Of a stretch of DNA of 64,000 nucleotides, positions 56,753-63,273 are shown piece by piece (the first letter of the stretch is position 1; every line of letters begins with the position of its first letter). The notes beneath the pieces were generated by a model. It worked only from the letters and a program-made list of their open reading frames with translations, searched no databases and was not told the DNA's origin. The DNA comes from Bdellovibrionia bacterium (GTDB lineage Bacteria > Bdellovibrionota > Bdellovibrionia > Bdellovibrionales > UBA1609). The stretch lies in NCBI GenBank assembly GCA_030432925.1, contig JAUILT010000001.1, forward strand, positions 13,468-77,467, read 5' to 3'. A program made the translations under genes and the position numbers.

Positions 56753-57663
56753 TGAAATCTATTATTTTACTGCTTACAATAAGTCTAGCGAATGCAAATT
56801 TTGCTTTCGCAGATACTAACTACTACCAAGACCACTTGGATCTACAAAGGGCATGGGGAATCACTACTGGTTCGGAAGACGTTCATATAGCAATTTTGGA
56901 TACTGGAATGAACTACAGAATCGAAGAGTTCAATGGCAAGATTGCAAAACATCCGATAAATGGAAGTTACGGGTTTGATGCTGTCAACGGGACCTCGGAT
57001 CCATTTGACACGTTTGGGCTAGGAACTCAGTTGGCCAGCCTGATTGTCAGTGATGAGCTGGGTGTCGCTCCAGGGGCAAAGATCGTCCCAGTTCGAGTCT
57101 TTGACGACCGAGTTGGCGGTAGTCAAATTACTATCGCGAGAGGTATCGAATATGCGATTTCAAGAAACGTGGACATCATCCTTCTAGCGATAGGTATCGG
57201 ATCACCTGGAGCAACTATTTGTAACAGTCTGCAAAAGGCTGCAAACGCTAATATTTTTGTTGTCCTGTCCGCAGGAAATCAAGCCGAAGAGATCACAGAT
57301 GGTCATTTTCCAGCCAATTGTGGTGTAGAAAGTTTGATTACCATAGCTTCCTCAGACCAGGAAAAGAGCTTGGCAAACTACAGCTCGTATGGATTTAAAA
57401 ATGTGCATACAGCAGCCCCAGGTACTATGGTGAACGGCATTGATCATACTGGAGCGATGGTTGAGGGAACCGGAGGATCTTTTTCTGCAGCTCTTGCTGC
57501 GGGTACGGCGGCTCTTGTTTTAAGCCATAACCCCTCTTATTCGCCCCTTCAGCTTAAAGAAGCTCTTATTAGAGGCTCAAATACTAGTGTAGCATTGAGA
57601 GGGCTTGTCTCCTCAAATGGTATTCTAAGTGCATACAAAGCCTTAACGGTAGATCTTGATTGA
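56749..57663 (+). CDS. secreted subtilase (S8) homologue lacking the catalytic histidine
   Basis: It has a signal peptide. The Asp motif 'HIAILDTGMN', Asn motif 'LSAGNQA' and Ser region 'GTGGSFSAALAAG' are present. The His motif position reads 'DTFGLGTQLAS' where 'HGTH' is expected. Confidence 0.8.
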   Translation: MMKSIILLLTISLANANFAFADTNYYQDHLDLQRAWGITTGSEDVHIAILDTGMNYRIEEFNGKIAKHPINGSYGFDAVNGTSDPFDTFGLGTQLASLIVSDELGVAPGAKIVPVRVFDDRVGGSQITIARGIEYAISRNVDIILLAIGIGSPGATICNSLQKAANANIFVVLSAGNQAEEITDGHFPANCGVESLITIASSDQEKSLANYSSYGFKNVHTAAPGTMVNGIDHTGAMVEGTGGSFSAALAAGTAALVLSHNPSYSPLQLKEALIRGSNTSVALRGLVSSNGILSAYKALTVDLD

Positions 57664-58544
57664 TGACTTCATCTTCTGCAACCAGAGAGAAGAATGAGCA
57701 ACTTTCGGTATTCGACTATGTCGATTACCGAAAGTTTTTATGTGAGTATTACAAAGTCCAAAAGAGTCGGCGATCAACATTTTCTTTTAGAAACTTTGCA
57801 CAAAAAGCAAAACTATCTTCAGACAACTATCTGAAGCTCGTGATGGATGGAAAGAGGAGAATAACTGATAAAAATCTCCCGGCATTTATTAGAGGCTTAG
57901 GACTAAAGAGCGATGAAGCTAAATACTTTAGACTCATCGTTTTGTTCAACGAGGCTAAAGATCCCGATGAAAAAAGAGATCTACTGTCAAAAGTTTCTGT
58001 ATTGCGAAGTCGGAAAAAGCGATCATCTCAAACGATGAGCCCTAGCCAAGAATCAGTTTTGAAACACTGGGCTACTTGGGTAATTCGTGAAATGGTCCTG
58101 TTGAAAGATTTTAAATCTGATTCCAATTGGATATCCAAAAAGATCAATCGAGAGATCACCCCTAAAAAAGCGGAAGAAAGCTTAGATCTTCTCTTAGAAT
58201 CAGGACTGATTGAATGCATAGATCGTGGCAGATTTTCTCCTACAGCTCGCAAGCTTGCGACACAGGATGAGGTTGTTAGCTGCTTGATCCGTGACCTTCA
58301 TGCTCAATTTATTGAGCGAGGTCTTAAGTCTTTGTTTGAAGATGATCTTCCACATAGAGAGTTTGCTGGACTGACGATTGCACTGTCTGATGAACAAATT
58401 CCAAAATTTAAGGAAAAGATCAAGCAGTTTAGAAAAGATCTCAACAATGAGTTCTCTGACAGTAGCCTACCACTAACAAAAGTACATCACTTTGAAATGA
58501 TGTTCTTTCCTGTAACCGATGGAGAAATTGAATGCGAGAATTGA
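57663..58544 (+). CDS. TIGR02147/DUF4423-like putative DNA-binding protein
   Basis: 'DYRKFLCEYYKVQKSRRSTFSFRNFAQKAKLSSDNYLKLVMDGKRRIT...YFRLIVLFNEAKD' matches my recollection of the TIGR02147 N-terminal pattern. The ATG overlaps the upstream stop (TGATG). Confidence 0.6.
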   Translation: MTSSSATREKNEQLSVFDYVDYRKFLCEYYKVQKSRRSTFSFRNFAQKAKLSSDNYLKLVMDGKRRITDKNLPAFIRGLGLKSDEAKYFRLIVLFNEAKDPDEKRDLLSKVSVLRSRKKRSSQTMSPSQESVLKHWATWVIREMVLLKDFKSDSNWISKKINREITPKKAEESLDLLLESGLIECIDRGRFSPTARKLATQDEVVSCLIRDLHAQFIERGLKSLFEDDLPHREFAGLTIALSDEQIPKFKEKIKQFRKDLNNEFSDSSLPLTKVHHFEMMFFPVTDGEIECEN

Positions 58545-59017
58545 GAATAAAATCAATGATGATTTTTGTTGGCGTTTTAATATGGAATAATCCGGGATGG
58601 GCTGGAGGTGAACTAGGTAATGCATACGTTAAATATGAAAATTTCATCGGCAACTATTCTATTGCATACCCAAAAAATTGGAACTACTTGGACCTCAATA
58701 CATCTGTCAGTTTCGTGAAGTCCTCAGATGTCGAACCAATTATGACATCTTCGTTGTCAGTTGTCGAAAAAAGATTTCCCAACATCACTTCAACCGGAAA
58801 GCTGCTTCGGATGATTCAACACGAACACCCTAATGAGTCTTGGACTCCAGTTAAGCTATCAGGTTGTGAAGGCTATAGGAGCAATAAAGGTTCGGCGGGT
58901 ACTCTCTACTTATTAAGAGAGCCAGAAAATGTAATGACTTTGCGTTTTCAATCCAATGCTGAGCCAACGGATTCTGACAAAATAGAGAAAATGATACAAA
59001 CACTTGAAATTGACTAA
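58532..59017 (+). CDS. hypothetical secreted protein
   Basis: RBS GGAGAA 5 nt upstream. It overlaps the previous gene by 13 nt. Signal peptide 'MMIFVGVLIWNNPGWA'. Confidence 0.55.
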   Translation: MRELRIKSMMIFVGVLIWNNPGWAGGELGNAYVKYENFIGNYSIAYPKNWNYLDLNTSVSFVKSSDVEPIMTSSLSVVEKRFPNITSTGKLLRMIQHEHPNESWTPVKLSGCEGYRSNKGSAGTLYLLREPENVMTLRFQSNAEPTDSDKIEKMIQTLEID

Positions 59018-59037
59018 ACTCTCAGGCCTGCGGGTTT

Positions 59038-59061
59038 TGCCCCAGCAATAAAGCTGGGGCA
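59038..59061. other. perfect 9-bp hairpin between convergent genes
   Basis: tgccccagc aataa gctggggca. No flanking T-run follows the stem on either strand. Confidence 0.5.
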
Positions 59062-59113
59062 TCTAATCTGGAGGATAGTAATGAATATCATCTGGTCTGG
59101 ATCGAGAGACATT

Positions 59114-59335
59114 TTAATCAAGGTCAACCAAAAGATTTAAGACTTCTACTGATTCAGTTACCTCATTCATGACTCTTCTGTGATAAATATCAATGGGATG
59201 CTCACTTTTGAGCATTTCATCCTGAGCTTTTTTTAAATCAATGGCTTTCAGGTAGTAAATAAGAAACTCTCTTCCGACACTGCTTTGCATTTTCGGTACT
59301 TTTCTGACGAATTTTCGACAGTGAAGATTTTCCAT
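59114..59335 (-). CDS. hypothetical small protein
   Basis: The first 'M' in the track (59356) is a TTG. The first ATG is at 59335. There is no motif and no clear RBS. Confidence 0.3.
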   Translation of the reverse strand: MENLHCRKFVRKVPKMQSSVGREFLIYYLKAIDLKKAQDEMLKSEHPIDIYHRRVMNEVTESVEVLNLLVDLD

Positions 59336-59401
59336 ATGGGTGAACCTAAAATTCAATATCGCTCCTACTCAATTGACACGAAGCTACAAGTGGTTCTCAA
59401 C

Positions 59402-59767
59402 TCAAAAAAGTTCCCAAACTTTGCCCGTATAAGAGTCATATATCTGAGACTCACTCAGTATCTCAAAAGTCATTGTATCCGGCATATCGCCTGGTGAAAC
59501 TGACTTGAGTATAATTTCACTACCATTCTCAATTGAATACTCCGCTCGATTAGCTATATCCGTCAGCATAACCATGGCAAATCCATCAACCTCAAAGGTT
59601 ACAGCTCGAAAACAATTGAACCACTCCCCAGTCTCTTTCTTAAAATCTTCACACTCTTTTTCCGTCTCAAAATCACCTACAAGGTGCCTATAGGATGTTT
59701 TTGAAGGAAAAAAGTCTCCAAACGCTGAACAAGTCAAAAAAATCAAAGCTAAACATATTTTTCTCAT
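59402..59767 (-). CDS. hypothetical secreted protein
   Basis: Strong RBS GGAGG 6 nt upstream; signal peptide MRKICLALIFLTCSAFG. Confidence 0.6.
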   Translation of the reverse strand: MRKICLALIFLTCSAFGDFFPSKTSYRHLVGDFETEKECEDFKKETGEWFNCFRAVTFEVDGFAMVMLTDIANRAEYSIENGSEIILKSVSPGDMPDTMTFEILSESQIYDSYTGKVWELF

Positions 59768-59797
59768 AATTGACCTCCATACTTCTGATGAAAATTT

Positions 59798-60202
59798 TTA
59801 ACAAAACCCACATGGCTCTTTGCACCCTCCATCTCCAAATACAGAAACAGACCATTGCCCTGACTGAAACTTTACTCTAGCCGTCTTAATGACATTTCCA
59901 GAGGGGTTTTTGAAATTCAACTGAACCTCATAAGGATTCTCATTCAAAGGATTGTCAACGGTCAAGGAGACTTTGACCTCAGTTGGCGAACACAGGTCAT
60001 AGCAGAGCCTATCCATGACAAACGGTCCATTTTTATCATAGGTAATTCGCAGACTCACATCACTCCGTTCAATTTCAGCAGCATAAATGGGCCGGTCCCC
60101 AATACGACAGTCGAAAGAATCAAAGCGTAAGAGCTGGGCGTCTTTACGTTCCCACAGACACCTTTCTGGATCTTGAGATAAAAAACCAGGGAGAAAAAAC
60201 AT
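59798..60202 (-). CDS. hypothetical Cys-rich protein
   Basis: ATG at 60202 (the track starts at a TTG at 60205). It has 8 Cys, including the C-terminal 'GDGGCKEPCGFC'. No RBS is seen. Confidence 0.45.
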   Translation of the reverse strand: MFFLPGFLSQDPERCLWERKDAQLLRFDSFDCRIGDRPIYAAEIERSDVSLRITYDKNGPFVMDRLCYDLCSPTEVKVSLTVDNPLNENPYEVQLNFKNPSGNVIKTARVKFQSGQWSVSVFGDGGCKEPCGFC

Positions 60203-60730
60203 CAATTACAATCCGAGTTCGCAGAGCCCCATCTGAAGACATGGTATTGCCGTATTACCTTTCAGGTGTCACTTTCCGAGTCTATAATTATTCTTTGGAG
60301 AAAGTGCTTCTGAAAAGGGATTTTGACTTCACGGCTGACTGCACCTCTTCACTAAGCATCATGCCTGGTCAAGCGACAGTTTTGACGGAAACCGAAGTCG
60401 AGGTCCCAGCAAATCATTCTTATTTTGTTGAGATCTCATCCCAAGGCAGCAATTAAAGTTTCTCAAGTGTTTCTTTGCTTGTACTAGATCTATCGAAATC
60501 CCTCTATTTTTGAGAAGACCAGCGATTTCGCAGCAATTGGGACTCCTCGCCCCTCCGCAGAGGCGGACCACATTTTCATCCGAATAGCTCTCGATCAAAA
60601 GAACGGACAGATTTTTGATGCCTAGAAGGTCAATGACCTCTACTCATCAGGTCACCTAACCTCGGAAAGACCAGTAATTCCTTAACAATAGTCCCCCTGA
60701 CTCTAATCAAAAAAAGAAATAAAAATCATC

Positions 60731-60774
60731 TTTACTTTGGCATCGAAATCTTGCTATAATCTTACCAGTAAGAT
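60731..60774 (+). promoter_or_regulatory. candidate sigma70 promoter plus palindromic operator of the AbrB/PIN module
   Basis: TTTACT (60731-60736), an 18-nt spacer, then TATAAT (60755-60760). The palindrome ATCTTAC-CA-GTAAGAT (60759-60774) lies between the -10 element and the RBS AGGAG (60777-60781). Confidence 0.4.
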
Positions 60775-60788
60775 TTAGGAGAAAGAAT

Positions 60789-61055
60789 ATGTCTTCAGCT
60801 GTAGCTACCACTAAAATGTCGTCCAAGGGACAAATTGTGATCCCTGAGGAAATCCGAGAACGCCTTGGTCTCGATGCGGGAACTCAGTTCGTGGTCCTCG
60901 GAGATGGAGACTCCGTATTACTAAAAGTGATCACTCCCCCTTCCAAAAAAGAGTTTCGAGAGATGCTCAAGAAAACTCGGGCCTCCGCAAAAAAGGAAGG
61001 CCTTAAAAAAGAAGACCTGGCAAAAGCCATCCGCTCGGCCCGATCTAAAAAATGA
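60789..61055 (+). CDS. AbrB/SpoVT-family antitoxin
   Basis: 'KMSSKGQIVIPEEIRERLGLDAGTQFVV' is a SpoVT-AbrB fold. Its stop overlaps the toxin ATG (ATGA). Confidence 0.8.
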   Translation: MSSAVATTKMSSKGQIVIPEEIRERLGLDAGTQFVVLGDGDSVLLKVITPPSKKEFREMLKKTRASAKKEGLKKEDLAKAIRSARSKK

Positions 61056-61345
61056 AAGTTGTCTTAGATACAAATGTGCTGATGTCAGGCATTTTCTGGT
61101 CTGGCACTCCTTGTAAGATCCTAGAACATTGGGCTGATGGAAAATTCCACATCCTTTTGAGCATAGATATCATTTCTGAATATCAGAGAGTTTTCGAAAT
61201 TCTCGGCAAAAAGCACCCGGACTCCTCTCAATCAGGAAGTTCTATAATAAGTGCTATTATCGCAGGCTCATCAATTGTCGAAATTAAACTTAAAAATCCA
61301 CAACAGATCTCCAGTGACCCCGATGATGACAAATTCACCCACTGA
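61052..61345 (+). pseudogene. PIN-domain toxin (TIGR00305-like), C-terminally truncated at the junction with the rve gene
   Basis: 'VVLDTNVLMSGIFW...ISEYQRVF...SSDPDDDKF', after which the frame ends 'TH*'. The last ~30-40 residues usual for this family, including the fourth acidic residue, are missing. Confidence 0.7.
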
Positions 61346-62066
61346 ACAGCTTGTACTTCGGCTAAAAAGTGAAAACAGACTCTGGGGAGTCCCGCGTATT
61401 CACGGAGAACTGGTCAAACTCGGCTTTAAGATCAGCAGGACAACCATCAGAAATATTCTTAAAAGAAATGGCCTCTATCCCAAAGACATCGGGCAAAATT
61501 ACCAAACCTGGAGTCAATTTTTACGGCAGCACAAAAAGGTTTGGGCCATCGACTTTTTTACCGTGGAAACGGTATTCCTAAAAACAGTTTATGTCTTCGC
61601 AGCCATTGATATTCATAGCCGACAGCTCGTTGAGTTAAGATGCTGCACGACTCCTCTGCAAAGCTGGACTCGAAATGCTCTTTTGCAAAGATTTGGATTC
61701 GATGATGCCCCAGATCTCATCATCAGAGACAGCGATTCCAACTACGGCACCTTAGACAGCATAGGCAATGTCAAAGTAATCACCTCCCCACCAGGATGCC
61801 CTTGGTTTAATACTTATGTTGAACGCTTCATTGGCTCGGCGCAACGGGAGTGTACTGATCACTTCCTTTATTTTTCATCAGAGCAAATACAAAAAACGCT
61901 CAATGAGTACAAAAAGTATTACAACCACCACCGACCCCACCAATCATTGGCTCAGCACTGCCCCTTTGAGGCTGGAAACAGAGAAACAAAAACGAAATTC
62001 CAAGAAAATGTCCACTCAACTGAAGTCCTCGGAGGGCTTCACCATCATTATTCGTTTGTTGGATGA
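61323..62066 (+). CDS. rve (DDE integrase-core) transposase, apparently N-terminally truncated
   Basis: 'ENRLWGVPRIHGELVKLGFKISRTTIRNILKRNG', 'DFFTVETVFLKTVYVFAAIDIHSR', 'IIRDSDSNYG', 'PWFNTYVERFIGSAQRECTDH', and a tail 'LGGLHHHYSFVG'. The first ATG (61323) is built from the Asp codons of the PIN remnant in another frame. Confidence 0.75.
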   Translation: MMTNSPTEQLVLRLKSENRLWGVPRIHGELVKLGFKISRTTIRNILKRNGLYPKDIGQNYQTWSQFLRQHKKVWAIDFFTVETVFLKTVYVFAAIDIHSRQLVELRCCTTPLQSWTRNALLQRFGFDDAPDLIIRDSDSNYGTLDSIGNVKVITSPPGCPWFNTYVERFIGSAQRECTDHFLYFSSEQIQKTLNEYKKYYNHHRPHQSLAQHCPFEAGNRETKTKFQENVHSTEVLGGLHHHYSFVG

Positions 62067-62082
62067 ATTTTTGCTATGGACA
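61337..62082 (+). mobile_element. IS/transposon remnant (right end defined, left end not defined)
   Basis: The right boundary is placed where the two copies stop matching ('...tttttgctatggaca' at 62082 and 55704). I found no matching inverted repeat on the left. Confidence 0.5.
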
Positions 62083-62122
62083 ACATAAAAAACAGGATAC
62101 TTGGCTCAAATCAGTTGAGAGC

Positions 62123-62371
62123 TCAAGAACCCGTTTTCTTTTGGAAGACTTTCTTTTCAAGCTTTTCTAAGCGTTCCTCAACAGACTCACGCTCAAGCAT
62201 AACCTTTCTCAAAAACCAGTTTAAATAGGTCTGATAACCCATTCCCTCGGCCTCGCCTTGCTCCTCAAGCCACTCTAAAATATCGACATCCAAGCGAAAA
62301 GTTTTTGAAACCTTGATCTCTTTAGCCGTTTTACCTTTCTTTCCTTTTGAAAAATCATAGTTCTTTTTCAT
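62123..62371 (-). CDS. brnA: BrnA antitoxin
   Basis: 'DFSKGKKGK...KVSKTFRLDVDILEWLEEQG...GYQTYLNWFLRKVM'. ATGA overlap with brnT. Confidence 0.8.
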   Translation of the reverse strand: MKKNYDFSKGKKGKTAKEIKVSKTFRLDVDILEWLEEQGEAEGMGYQTYLNWFLRKVMLERESVEERLEKLEKKVFQKKTGS

Positions 62372-62658
62372 AGCTTTAACCTCTCAGTATAGGTCTGTTG
62401 TTCCATCTTATCTGCTTTTCTGGCAGAGATAATTCGTATGGTCTCGGCCTCGGCCTTCTCTGCAAAAACGACCACAAGGATTCTTAATTTTTTAGAGAAA
62501 CCAAGTCTTACCCAACGATCATCGTCATCTTTAGAATGATCCTCGTCATGGATTTCGATAGAGTTGGGGTCAAGCCAAATTGAGGCCGCCTCGGTGAAGC
62601 GAACTCCGTGTTTTTTCAGATTACTCGCAGCTTTCTTGTCATTCCACTCAAAATCCAT
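62368..62658 (-). CDS. brnT: BrnT (DUF497) ribonuclease toxin
   Basis: 'MDFEWNDKKAASNLKKHGVRFTEAASIWLDPNSIEIHDEDHS...IRIISARKADKMEQQTY'. Confidence 0.85.
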   Translation of the reverse strand: MDFEWNDKKAASNLKKHGVRFTEAASIWLDPNSIEIHDEDHSKDDDDRWVRLGFSKKLRILVVVFAEKAEAETIRIISARKADKMEQQTYTERLKL

Positions 62659-62803
62659 GCTTAAAGATACTACAAAGTAGTAACGATGTAAATACTATTT
62701 CCTGAAACTGAATTTATTTAAAATAAACTTTATTGCCACAAAGATATTCTCACCAAACTCGACTCGCAAAGAATGCGGGGTGAGCTTCTTAGTAATGGTA
62801 GCC

Positions 62804-62840
62804 GGTAGACGCACCTTAGATTGAATCCTGTGCGTCTACC
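62804..62840. repeat. perfect 11-bp-stem hairpin whose right arm is a 14-nt copy of the tRNA-Leu D-arm/anticodon-stem segment
   Basis: ggtagacgcac (62804-62814), a 15-nt loop, then gtgcgtctacc (62830-62840). 'tcctgtgcgtctac' at 62826-62839 is identical to 63062-63075. Confidence 0.85.
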
Positions 62841-62902
62841 TCAGATGCCGTTTGATTGGAGCTTATCCCCGGTTTTAGCAACTGTTTCTGACTTAAAAAC
62901 AT

Positions 62903-62929
62903 CAACTGTTTGTTACGTATGTGTTGCGG
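62903..62929 (+). repeat. 27-nt direct repeat, copy 1 (caactgtttgttacgtatgtgttgcgg)
   Basis: Matches 63232-63258 with 3 mismatches by hand alignment. Confidence 0.85.
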
Positions 62930-63004
62930 TCCTTGATTTTTAGTCAAGATTCATGTTGTTGTGGTTTTTAGAGGTCCTATAAATATCTAGAATTAATTGA
63001 CTTT

Positions 63005-63075
63005 TGGTCCCCGAGGCCAGACTTGAACTGGCACGACCGGTGAAGGTCCCAGGATTTTAAGTCCTGTGCGTCTAC
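63005..63075 (-). pseudogene. 3' fragment of tRNA-Leu(UAA) (D-loop through encoded CCA); att-site-like remnant
   Basis: The minus strand reads GTAGACGCA-CAGGA-CTTAAAA-TCCTG-(variable arm GGACCTTCACCGGTCGT)-GCCAG-TTCAAGT-CTGGC-CTCGGGG-A-CCA. No complementary 5' acceptor strand (CCCCGAG) lies upstream. Confidence 0.8.
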
Positions 63076-63176
63076 AGAGTCAAATTCCTAAAAGCGGAAA
63101 GCTGAAAGTGAGGTAAAGGGTTGAAGTTACTTAAACTTGAAGAACTAAGCCCTTTTCTAAATCACTGAAAGACTTT

Positions 63177-63210
63177 GGTTTTCCAACTTCAAACCGACGT
63201 TTGGAAAACC
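63177..63210. repeat. perfect 10-bp inverted repeat
   Basis: ggttttccaa (63177-63186), a 14-nt loop, then ttggaaaacc (63201-63210). Confidence 0.8.
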
Positions 63211-63231
63211 TTGAAAATACGTCCAACCTAC

Positions 63232-63258
63232 CAACGATTTGTTACGTATGTGTTACGG
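63232..63258 (+). repeat. 27-nt direct repeat, copy 2 (caacgatttgttacgtatgtgttacgg)
   Basis: See copy 1. It contains two GTTACG words. Confidence 0.85.
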
Positions 63259-63273
63259 AAATTGGGCGAAAAA

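Noticed and set aside
60241-60598. Two overlapping ORFs (71 aa on the plus strand, 79 aa on the minus strand), the latter with a glutaredoxin/ArsC-like 'VVRLCGG..SPNCCEIAGLLKNRGISIDLV' stretch
   Set aside because: Neither has an RBS, the minus-strand ORF starts at a TTG, and the similarity covers only ~30 residues before degenerating. I noted it as probable gene debris and did not annotate it as a feature.
60600-60790. Search for a left inverted repeat matching the element's right end (expected 'tgtccatagcaaaaattc...') upstream of the antitoxin gene or near 61337
   Set aside because: I found no convincing match by eye. The only resemblance is a loose 'atttttg' word at ~60611. The left boundary of the mobile unit therefore remains undefined.
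61369-62088. Alternative-frame ORFs 61369-61581 and 61816-62088 inside the rve gene
   Set aside because: They are shadow frames of the transposase gene. The 61816-62088 frame matters only because the same frame in copy A runs into the HTH regulator gene.
63005-63120. Possibility that the tRNA-Leu at 63 kb is a complete gene
   Set aside because: The sequence upstream of the D-loop segment (minus-sense ...ccgcttttaggaatttgactct-GTAGAC...) contains no CCCCGAG acceptor strand and no D stem able to pair with ...GCAC. Only the 3' ~70 nt fold correctly.
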